Of a DNA stretch of 64,000 nt, positions 27,389 to 34,403 are shown in pieces. The translations under genes and the position numbers were made by a program. Origin of the DNA: a virus (lineage: Duplodnaviria > Caudoviricetes); the IMG/VR virus record IMGVR_UViG_3300037755_000886, positions 19,820 to 83,819 of that record. One strand, 5' to 3'. The notes beneath the pieces are model-generated. The model saw only the letters and a list, made by a program, of their open reading frames with translations, ran no database searches and was not told where the DNA came from. Each line of letters starts with the position of its first letter. Position 1 is the stretch's first letter.

Positions 27389-27720
27389 CGCCCCCGCCCG
27401 CCCTGGTCGAGCGCGGCGAGCACGGTCGCCACGTCGCACGGCCACTCGTGCCGGCAGCCGGTGCAGATCGGGCGGCGGTTCCATGCCTCGTCGCTGGTCG
27501 ACCGGTAGCCCTTGACGTGGGACTCCCGGACGGACGCGAGACCGTCGGCCGCCGGGGCCAGGTAGTCGGGGCGCCGCTGCCACACGATCTCGTGGCCGCA
27601 GTCGGGCAGCGGGCACGAGTCCATCCACTCGTCGGGCAGCTCGGGTCCGAACACCTCGCCCTTGACCACGTGGCCCTTCTCGCACTGGCCACGGATCTCG
27701 GTGCGCGTGACGTCGCTCAT
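27385..27720 (-). CDS. Hypothetical protein with CxxC..WPC motif
   Basis: ICTGCRHEWPCD. Confidence 0.55.
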   Translation of the reverse strand: MSDVTRTEIRGQCEKGHVVKGEVFGPELPDEWMDSCPLPDCGHEIVWQRRPDYLAPAADGLASVRESHVKGYRSTSDEAWNRRPICTGCRHEWPCDVATVLAALDQGGRGR

Positions 27721-27723
27721 GGG

Positions 27724-28449
27724 TCAGCCCTCCTCGGGGTCGGTGTGCTCGGCGCAGGCCAGCTCGGCGACGATGCGCTTGGCCGCGGCCTCGGTCAGGT
27801 AGGTGGCCCGGATGATCTTGACGGCGTCGTAGCGGAGCCAGTCGTTGGCCGGGTCGGCCAGTGCGGCGAGGTCGATGCCCTCGGCCGGGAGCTGCCGACG
27901 CCAGTACTCGACCTCGCCGCGCCGGTGCGCCTTGAGCCTGTCGCGCTCGGGCCCGTCGGTGCGGACGTGCCCGTAGGGGATGTGGTGCCAGAAGTCGTCG
28001 CCGTGCTCGACGTGCGCGGCGACGTCGTCCTTGCACTCCCGCATGGTGTCGGCGTGGCGGACGATGATCCGGCCGAACCCGGCCTGCTTCCCGTTCGGGT
28101 CACAGCGGACGATCCACGGGCCGCACTCGCAGCCCACGAACCGCTCGATGAAGTAGCGCCCGCAGTCCGAGAAGTAGCCGCCCGCGTGCTCGCGGATCCA
28201 GCGCGTGGGAGCCGGCGCCGGTTCCGACTGCGGCTGACGGGCGCGGAGCAGTTCGACAGGAGCGGCGCAGGTGGCCAGGGACGGTGTCCGCCGCTCCCCC
28301 GCCAGATCGGCGATGCGCTTCCAGTCGATCGCATCCAGCTCGGCGACGACATCCGGGTTCGGCGTGACGTTCTCGCTGAGGAACCGGGCGAGCCGGATCG
28401 CCTTCGCCGTCATGTTCGCGGCGTGGGACGGGTGGATGGTCGTGGTCAT
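27724..28449 (-). CDS. Hypothetical protein
   Basis: Long ORF with high-GC coding pattern. Confidence 0.6.
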   Translation of the reverse strand: MTTTIHPSHAANMTAKAIRLARFLSENVTPNPDVVAELDAIDWKRIADLAGERRTPSLATCAAPVELLRARQPQSEPAPAPTRWIREHAGGYFSDCGRYFIERFVGCECGPWIVRCDPNGKQAGFGRIIVRHADTMRECKDDVAAHVEHGDDFWHHIPYGHVRTDGPERDRLKAHRRGEVEYWRRQLPAEGIDLAALADPANDWLRYDAVKIIRATYLTEAAAKRIVAELACAEHTDPEEG

Positions 28450-28676
28450 CGGGCTGCGACCTCCAGGGTGAAGTTGGCGGCGAGCGCTCGCCGCGTCAGG
28501 CAGCGGCTCCAGCCGTAGCGGTCGAACCCGCCGAGATGGTCAACCACCACGCCGCACTCGCGGCTGAGACCGTCGTGGACCTCGGCGACCTCCACCTGGT
28601 GGGTGGCATCCCAGATGCTCGTCCAGATCTGGCCGACGGAAGCGGAGACCGTGGCGGCGGGGGAGGTTGCTGGCAT
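28446..28676 (-). CDS. First gene of leftward small-gene operon (leaderless)
   Basis: ATG 6 nt downstream of -10 GACAAT. Confidence 0.55.
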   Translation of the reverse strand: MPATSPAATVSASVGQIWTSIWDATHQVEVAEVHDGLSRECGVVVDHLGGFDRYGWSRCLTRRALAANFTLEVAAR

Positions 28677-28682
28677 GCCTCC

Positions 28683-28723
28683 ATTGTCCGCCCATACCAC
28701 TGGGGTGTCAAGTAGATCTGGGG
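28683..28723 (-). promoter_or_regulatory. Leftward promoter TTGACA-17-GACAAT with CCCCAG direct repeats
   Basis: TTGACA 28711-28706, GACAAT 28688-28683; CCCCAG copies 18 bp apart. Confidence 0.8.
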
Positions 28724-28733
28724 ACCAATCAAT

Positions 28734-28747
28734 CCTTGTGCACAAGG
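28734..28747. promoter_or_regulatory. Perfect 14-bp palindrome CCTTGTGCACAAGG (operator candidate)
   Basis: Directly upstream of HTH gene. Confidence 0.55.
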
Positions 28748-28771
28748 TCATCCTGTGAGATGATCGATGGC

Positions 28772-29119
28772 ATGGAGTCTTCACTCACAGCGGCAGGGTT
28801 GGCGCCGCCGACCACTAACCTCCCGGCCATGACCCCCAAGATCTATGAGGGCCCCAGCGCCTATGGACCGTCCAACGACAGCGCCCGCTCCGAGGCCGCT
28901 GAACGCGGCCTGACCCCGATCGGTGTCAACGGCATCGCCGCCTGGTTCGGCGTGGAACCCAACACCGTGAGCCGGTCATGGATCGCCGAGCGCGACGCCA
29001 AGAAGGATCCGGCGAAGAAGTTCCCGGAGCCGACGTGGCCCGAGCTCAACCTCTACGCCACCCGCGTCATCGAGGAGTGGGGCATCGCCACGGGTCGCCT
29101 GGCGGAAGGTGGGCGATGA
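28772..29119 (+). CDS. HTH DNA-binding protein (AlpA-like repressor candidate)
   Basis: IGVNGIAAWFGVEPNTVSRSW...FPEP...LY...IEEW. Confidence 0.7.
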   Translation: MESSLTAAGLAPPTTNLPAMTPKIYEGPSAYGPSNDSARSEAAERGLTPIGVNGIAAWFGVEPNTVSRSWIAERDAKKDPAKKFPEPTWPELNLYATRVIEEWGIATGRLAEGGR

Positions 29120-29640
29120 GTGCGGCCACGGACGCGGATGACTACACGGCCGTGTACCGCTGTTTCGACCGCGATGGACGTCTGGTTTACGTCGGCGCCT
29201 CATGTCTCGGCCTCGTCCGCTTCCACCAGCACCAGGCCGAGAAGGGATGGTGGCCCTGCGTCGCCCGGGTCGAGGTCGAGCACTACGCCAACCGTGCCGA
29301 GGCGCTGGCTGCGGAGCGGGCCGCCATCGAGGCCGAGGCTCCGCGCTTCAACATCCACCACGGCCTCAGGCGGAGCGTGACGGTACGTCGGCGGCAGGAA
29401 TGGGCTTCCGATCAGCGGGTCGGAATCCCGGACAGCATCGCCAAGGGACTGCATCTCCTTCGGCGTCGTCAGCACGCGATCGCCAGGGCCAGACGGGACA
29501 TCGTGCTCGCCGCCTGGAGCGAGGGCGTGTCGATCGAACGGATCGCCGATCTGGCCGGCCTGCACCGTGTCGACGTCGAGCGAGTGATCTGGTTCGCCAG
29601 GCACAGCAAGGACGGGATGGCCGCACTGCCCTACAGGTAA
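29116..29640 (+). CDS. GIY-YIG nuclease-like protein with C-terminal HTH
   Basis: AVYRCFD..GRLVYVGAS...RF.QH...AERAAI...P.FN; GVSIERIADLAGLHRVDVER. Confidence 0.8.
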   Translation: MSAATDADDYTAVYRCFDRDGRLVYVGASCLGLVRFHQHQAEKGWWPCVARVEVEHYANRAEALAAERAAIEAEAPRFNIHHGLRRSVTVRRRQEWASDQRVGIPDSIAKGLHLLRRRQHAIARARRDIVLAAWSEGVSIERIADLAGLHRVDVERVIWFARHSKDGMAALPYR

Positions 29641-29647
29641 GATTGCT

Positions 29648-29694
29648 CCCCAGGGTCTCTTGACACCCCAGACCATCTGGGGTACATTAGGTAC
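29648..29694 (+). promoter_or_regulatory. Rightward promoter TTGACA-17-TACATT with CCCCAG repeats; leaderless
   Basis: TTGACA 29660-65; spacer is palindrome CCCCAGA-N3-TCTGGGG; TACATT 29683-88; ATG 29695. Confidence 0.85.
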
Positions 29695-29949
29695 ATGAAG
29701 GAAACCACCACCGCCCCCCTCCCCGCCAGCCTCACCAACCAGCTCGAAGAGGACGAGATCACCCTCGCCGAGTGGGAAGCGATGACCGACGAGGAGCGCC
29801 AGTACCGGGGCCTCACGGTCGAGGAGCACGAGGACGTCTACGCCGACTACAGCGCTGAGGAAATGGCGGCCGTGGAGGCATGGCTCCTGGACCCCGGGCC
29901 CCGCTACCACGCGGCCGTCGCCCGGATCCGGGCCCACCCAGGCTGGTGA
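29695..29949 (+). CDS. Acidic hypothetical protein
   Basis: Leaderless start after consensus promoter. Confidence 0.65.
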   Translation: MKETTTAPLPASLTNQLEEDEITLAEWEAMTDEERQYRGLTVEEHEDVYADYSAEEMAAVEAWLLDPGPRYHAAVARIRAHPGW

Positions 29950-30121
29950 CCCCGGCGGGGCCCCGGCCCCGCCCACCCCCGGCGTGGGGTGTGTCCGGTT
30001 CGTCGGCGAGGCAAACCCCCAGCGCACACGCCTCGTGCGCAGGACAAGGGTGCCGGCGAGTCGGACAGACCCCATGACCGCTAGTTCACATGATCACAAG
30101 CTGACCGCTGGAGACCCCACC

Positions 30122-30406
30122 ATGAGCACCGAGACCATCGCCCCCGAGACGCTCACCCCTCGCCTGACCATCGTCCCCCCTGCCGCCGGACCCGCCTCGG
30201 TGCGCATCATCCCCGCCGAGGATGCCATCTGGTGGACGTCCGCTGACGGCATCCGGTGGGATGCGTACAGCGAGGACGGGGGCGCTACCTACGTGGTCTA
30301 CGCCCCCAACGGCGAGCACGGCTCCGAGGAGGAGGACTACGCCCTCGTGCCGGCGGCGGACCTGCTCGACGTCATCGCCCACGGCCTCGGCGACGCCCGC
30401 CGGTAG
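30122..30406 (+). CDS. Hypothetical protein
   Basis: GGAG RBS before ATG 30122. Confidence 0.55.
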   Translation: MSTETIAPETLTPRLTIVPPAAGPASVRIIPAEDAIWWTSADGIRWDAYSEDGGATYVVYAPNGEHGSEEEDYALVPAADLLDVIAHGLGDARR

Positions 30407-30755
30407 CCCCCGTTCGCCCGAAACCCCCGCCCGCCCGTGCGCAGGGGTTGAGGACAGCCCGGCCCCCGGCGTCAGCTGCGGGCCGGGCAACGACCGCCGA
30501 CAGGAGACCACCGTGCCCGAGATCACCGACCTCATTGCCCAGGCCATCAACCAGCGCGTCACCCGCGAGCATCTGCAGGATTGCCCCGCCGGCGAGCTCG
30601 ACATCGCGGCCCTGGCCGACGAGATCGAGTCCGCAATCAGCGACCGGATCGCCGACGACCCCAACGACTACCGGTACTTCCAGCCATGACCCAGCCGACA
30701 CCGTGGCGGTCAACCCACGGCAGCGGGCGCCCAGCGCACCGATCGGAGACCACCG

Positions 30756-31015
30756 TGAACCCCTTCGCCCACGAGATCGGCATCGGCCAGTACATCACCG
30801 TCGACGGCGTCGGGCCCGCGCTGGTCACCCGCAAGACGGTGTACGCCACCGCTGCCGTCGTCGACCTGTACGTCGCTGTCAGCGCGACCGGCGAGATCCC
30901 GGCGGGCATCGCCCTCGGTGAGCACCTCGCCGTCGCCATCGACGTCACCGGCGCCACAGTCGAACCCACGGCCTTCCCCGGCTGGGGGCCCGGCTGGCGC
31001 ATCACCACCCTGTAG
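30756..31015 (+). CDS. Hypothetical protein
   Basis: GGAG RBS + GTG (VNPFAHEIG...); start approximate. Confidence 0.45.
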
Positions 31016-31033
31016 CGGCCGCCGCCGGAGCGA

Positions 31034-31174
31034 GGTCGGTCAGATGGCGGCACCAGGACGAGCCTGGCCGCGTGGTGGCACGGAGCACACCGTCCCGGAC
31101 AGCCGGGCGGAGGTACCGGGTTCGAGTCCCGGTCCGGTCGCAAGGGCCGCTCTGGTGCCGCCATCTGACCGACC
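31034..31174. repeat. Perfect 23-bp inverted repeat enclosing a tRNA-like fold
   Basis: GGTCGGTCAGATGGCGGCACCAG (31034-31056) / CTGGTGCCGCCATCTGACCGACC (31152-31174). Confidence 0.92.
31066..31140 (+). ncRNA. tRNA-like element (degenerate)
   Basis: 75 nt; perfect T-arm CCGGG-TTCGAGT-CCCGG, U8, D-arm GTG..GG..CAC, acceptor 6/7 pairs; non-canonical anticodon loop, ends GCAA not CCA. Confidence 0.5.
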
Positions 31175-31188
31175 AGAGGAGACCCGCC

Positions 31189-31446
31189 ATGACCGTCGAG
31201 AACCTTCACCTTCGCCTCGCAGGCGCCGACAACCCCGAAGAGCTGGTCGAGGGCGTGCGCGACGCCATGCGTCGGGGCTACACCGACGACGAGATCGCCT
31301 CCATCGTCGGACCCGAGATGCTGGCCGTCGTCAAGGGCTTGATCGTCGAGGGTGGCTGCAACGGCCTGTGCCTGACCGGCTCCGACGTGGGAGTGCCGTC
31401 TGCCTGCATCGCCTACGCCCATCCCTCCTGCCCCGAGCACGGCTGA
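31189..31446 (+). CDS. Hypothetical protein
   Basis: GAGGAG RBS; C-terminal CNGLC...C..H..CPEHG. Confidence 0.6.
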   Translation: MTVENLHLRLAGADNPEELVEGVRDAMRRGYTDDEIASIVGPEMLAVVKGLIVEGGCNGLCLTGSDVGVPSACIAYAHPSCPEHG

Positions 31447-31456
31447 GGACTGACCG

Positions 31457-31720
31457 ATGCGAGAGATGATCGTCCGAGCCAACGGCGACAAGCCGTGGCG
31501 CTGCCCGGCCTGCCACCAGATCCCCGATGACGCCCGGGTGTGGCCGTCCACCCGCATCACCCGGCTCTACCGGTGCCCCGACTGCCGGGTCGTCTGGTGG
31601 GTGGGCTGGTCAGACTGGCCGCTGCGCCAGCGCCTCCCGACCCTCGCCCGCCGGCGTGCTGTCTGGCTCGCCCACACCGTTGCCCGGAGACTGCCGACCA
31701 GCTGGAGGACTTACCGATGA
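31457..31720 (+). CDS. Zn-ribbon hypothetical protein
   Basis: CPACH, CPDC. Confidence 0.5.
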   Translation: MREMIVRANGDKPWRCPACHQIPDDARVWPSTRITRLYRCPDCRVVWWVGWSDWPLRQRLPTLARRRAVWLAHTVARRLPTSWRTYR

Positions 31721-32004
31721 TCGAGCCCACCGACACCTCAACCTCGCCCCTCGTCACCGCGGCGCTCGCGGTGGGCCTCGCCGCCTACGTCGTTGCTGTG
31801 GTCTGGCTGCTCGCCGTCCTCATCCCGGCCATCCTCGTCCTCGTCGACGCCCATCTCCTCCCGGCCATCGTCGACGTCGCCGAGCAGCTCCCCGGCCAGC
31901 TGGCCGCGGCGCCGGTCTGGGTGCAACTCCTCGTCGGCGTGGTCGCCGTGACGGGCCTCGGCGCGCTCGTCTGGGGCGGCCGGGCGAGCGCACCCGTCGA
32001 CTGA
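31717..32004 (+). CDS. Membrane protein
   Basis: Two to three hydrophobic helices; ATGA overlap. Confidence 0.6.
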   Translation: MIEPTDTSTSPLVTAALAVGLAAYVVAVVWLLAVLIPAILVLVDAHLLPAIVDVAEQLPGQLAAAPVWVQLLVGVVAVTGLGALVWGGRASAPVD

Positions 32005-32013
32005 CCGCCGGGA

Positions 32014-32073
32014 GCGGGCCGCATCCCCATGCGACCCGCCCCCTCGACCCTCTAGCCCCCCGGCTGAGGGTCG
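32014..32073. terminator. Two hairpins at convergent transcription boundary
   Basis: GCGGGCCGCAT-CCCC-ATGCGACCCGC and CGACCCTC(T)AGCC-CCCC-GGCTGAGGGTCG. Confidence 0.6.
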
Positions 32074-32083
32074 GATCTTGCCG

Positions 32084-32455
32084 TCAGGCGGTCAGGCGTG
32101 ACCGCATCGGCTCGACGCTCAGCCCCTTGTGGGGCGTGTGCCGGTCGGGGCTGCAGGCAGCGAACGGGCCGAAGGTCGACTGCATGGCGGCAAGGTGCCG
32201 GTCGAGGTGGTCGAGCATCCAGGACGAGTAGGCGAGCGCGTCGCCGTGGGTCGTGACCTGCAGCCACGAGGCGTACAGGACCCGCATCCGGGTGACGACC
32301 TCGGGGTGGCGGTCCCACTGCTGGCACCACCGGAGCGTGTTGCTGGCCCGGCGCTCGAGCACGTCGACGAACCAGAGCTGCACCCAGGCGGCCAGCTCGT
32401 CCATGGTCGGCTCGGCGGTAGCGGGCGCGGATGGGTGGAGGTTGGTGACGGTCAC
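32084..32455 (-). CDS. DUF4913-like protein
   Basis: WV..WF..V.ER...WCQQWDRHPEVV.RM..LY.SW...W..DHLD.HL...GPFAAC...H. Confidence 0.75.
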   Translation of the reverse strand: MTVTNLHPSAPATAEPTMDELAAWVQLWFVDVLERRASNTLRWCQQWDRHPEVVTRMRVLYASWLQVTTHGDALAYSSWMLDHLDRHLAAMQSTFGPFAACSPDRHTPHKGLSVEPMRSRLTA

Positions 32456-33867
32456 GGCTTCCTCCTGAGCGTCTTGCCGACCACCTGGGCCGGAGCGGGC
32501 GCAGGCTTCGACGTCCGGGGCTGCGGGGCCTGGTTGGCGGCGGCGGCCAGGCCGGGCGTGGCCGCGATCGCGGCCTGCATCGCTCCCCGGTGGGGCTGAT
32601 GTGCGTACGACAGGCACGTGACCAACAGATTCGTGGTGCCCCGCGGTGCGCCGGTGGTGGAGTGGAGCGCAGCGGACGCGCTGGTCCGGGCATCGATGCC
32701 CCAACCGTCGGCGATCGCCTTCATCGAGTGGCCCTGCGAGACCAGCAAGGCCTGCGCCTTGGCCAGCGACTCGCCGGTGACACCCGCCGCCGCCAGACGC
32801 TCGGGCGACGCGACACCCTCACCCAACCTGGTCATCAGTTCCGCCTCGGCAGCCCCACCGAGCGGCTCGGGATCGGGGACCGCCTGGGGCTCATCGAAGA
32901 CCGGCGCGGCCGCCATCATGGCGTCCGTCGGGGCGGCGCCGGCCGCCCGATGGCTGTCGTAGTGGGCCATTGCCGCCGGGTGCGTCGCCCGCAGGTTTTC
33001 CTCGGTGCGCGCCATCGCCTCGGCCGCGTACGCATCGGTTTCAGTGTGCGGCAGCGCGGACGCCCACACCCGCACGTTCGCTACCGGGTCCGATTGGCCC
33101 AGAGGATCCGTGGTCGACTGCGAGGACGCCGGGCGGCCCGCGGCCGCGCCCAAACCCGGCACGGCCCGACCGGCGGTGGCCTGCGGCTCGGGCGTCGACG
33201 GGGCCAACGTGACGTCCAACTCGGCGGCACAGGACGGCGTCGACGTCGCGGTCAGCTCCGGGTCCCGGCCGAGGATCGCCGTCAACTCCCCGACCGTGAT
33301 CACGTCGGCGTCCTTGATGGCCATGTGGGTCCCGTAGTCGAGGACCCCGCACGCCTCGACGACGGAGACCCGGTAGATCTCCCAGTCGCCGGGCTCGGTG
33401 CCCTTGACGTACCCGGCCTCGCCGGGGAGGGGCAGGCGCTCGGCGACGAACGAGTGGCCCCGAGCGTTGCGCCAGGTGGCGGAGGTCTCGGTGAGGCTGA
33501 GGCTGTCGGGGGCGGGGCGGAGGTGGCTCGGTGCCGCCGTGTTGGTGTCAGTCCGCGTGCGCGGTGTCGTGGCATCGGGCGCAAGCTCGACCGCGGACGG
33601 CATGGCTGCCGCAGCCTCGACGATCCCGTCCCGCCACCTGCCCATCGCCTCAAAGTCCAGGCGGTCACCCACCCTGACATCGACGATCCGCCGCTGGAGC
33701 TTCGCGATCGTGTTCTGCCGGTAGTCGGTGGACACGTCGATCTGACTGGCGAGCTGACCGAGCTCGGCCTTGCGGAGCCCCAACCCGGCCACGTACGCAG
33801 CGGCCTCCTCGCGGGACTGCATCGCGTCGAGACGCCCACGCACCTCGACCGGATCGAAAGCGCTCAC
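32452..33867 (-). CDS. Multidomain hypothetical protein, plasmid/ICE-like
   Basis: Coupled to DUF4913; segment LRATHP.AMAHYD..R..G..P.DAM..AAP.F resembles actinobacterial plasmid proteins (recall only). Confidence 0.55.
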   Translation of the reverse strand: MSAFDPVEVRGRLDAMQSREEAAAYVAGLGLRKAELGQLASQIDVSTDYRQNTIAKLQRRIVDVRVGDRLDFEAMGRWRDGIVEAAAAMPSAVELAPDATTPRTRTDTNTAAPSHLRPAPDSLSLTETSATWRNARGHSFVAERLPLPGEAGYVKGTEPGDWEIYRVSVVEACGVLDYGTHMAIKDADVITVGELTAILGRDPELTATSTPSCAAELDVTLAPSTPEPQATAGRAVPGLGAAAGRPASSQSTTDPLGQSDPVANVRVWASALPHTETDAYAAEAMARTEENLRATHPAAMAHYDSHRAAGAAPTDAMMAAAPVFDEPQAVPDPEPLGGAAEAELMTRLGEGVASPERLAAAGVTGESLAKAQALLVSQGHSMKAIADGWGIDARTSASAALHSTTGAPRGTTNLLVTCLSYAHQPHRGAMQAAIAATPGLAAAANQAPQPRTSKPAPAPAQVVGKTLRRKP

Positions 33868-34172
33868 GACGAACCGCCGATCCCGACGTCGGCCAACCAG
33901 GCCAACACCATCGGGCGAATCGCCGGGTCGGCGAGCGTGTCACGCACCACGCGGCCCTCACAGCGCGGGTCCGCCGAGGACTGCCACTCGTCGAGCGCCT
34001 CCTCGATGAGCACGTCGAGCGGGTGCGGGGCCGGCAGCTCCGGCTTGGCGTCGACCACCACGACGTCGACGTCACCGGCGGCGATCGCGTCGACGACATC
34101 GGGGGGCAGACGACGGTAGGCCTTGCTAGAGCGGGGGTGGGAGTGGGTGAGTGGGGCGTTGATGTCGATCAT
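33864..34172 (-). CDS. Hypothetical protein
   Basis: GGAGG-like RBS, GTGA overlap with next gene. Confidence 0.55.
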   Translation of the reverse strand: MIDINAPLTHSHPRSSKAYRRLPPDVVDAIAAGDVDVVVVDAKPELPAPHPLDVLIEEALDEWQSSADPRCEGRVVRDTLADPAIRPMVLAWLADVGIGGSS

Positions 34173-34284
34173 GGGGGCCTCCGGGGGCGGTGACGGGGAG
34201 TGACGGTCAGGTCGGTGGGCGGGGGAAACGGTGGATGGTTGGGATCGGGGGGTTTCGGGGGATCGGGGGGTGGGGGTCCCATCC

Positions 34285-34403
34285 GATGTGAACTATGTGA
34301 AATGTGCAGGTCAGGGCTGGTTTCTGCGATGTGAAGTGGCATGTGAGGCGCGGTGTGAACTCACATCACCTCACAGCGCGACTTCACATCGCCGGTTCAC
34401 GTC
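34285..34403. repeat. Array of ~10 (G/T/C)ATGTGA(A/G)-like 8-mers, direct then inverted (clt-like)
   Basis: Direct copies at 34285, 34294, 34301, 34328, 34340, 34352; inverted at 34360, 34370, 34383, 34396; 12-bp perfect IR 34326-37/34381-92. Confidence 0.85.

Noticed and set aside
34285-34403. CRISPR array
   Set aside because: Repeats are 8 bp with very short spacers and mixed orientation; no cas operon (the Cas4-like gene is a phage exonuclease).
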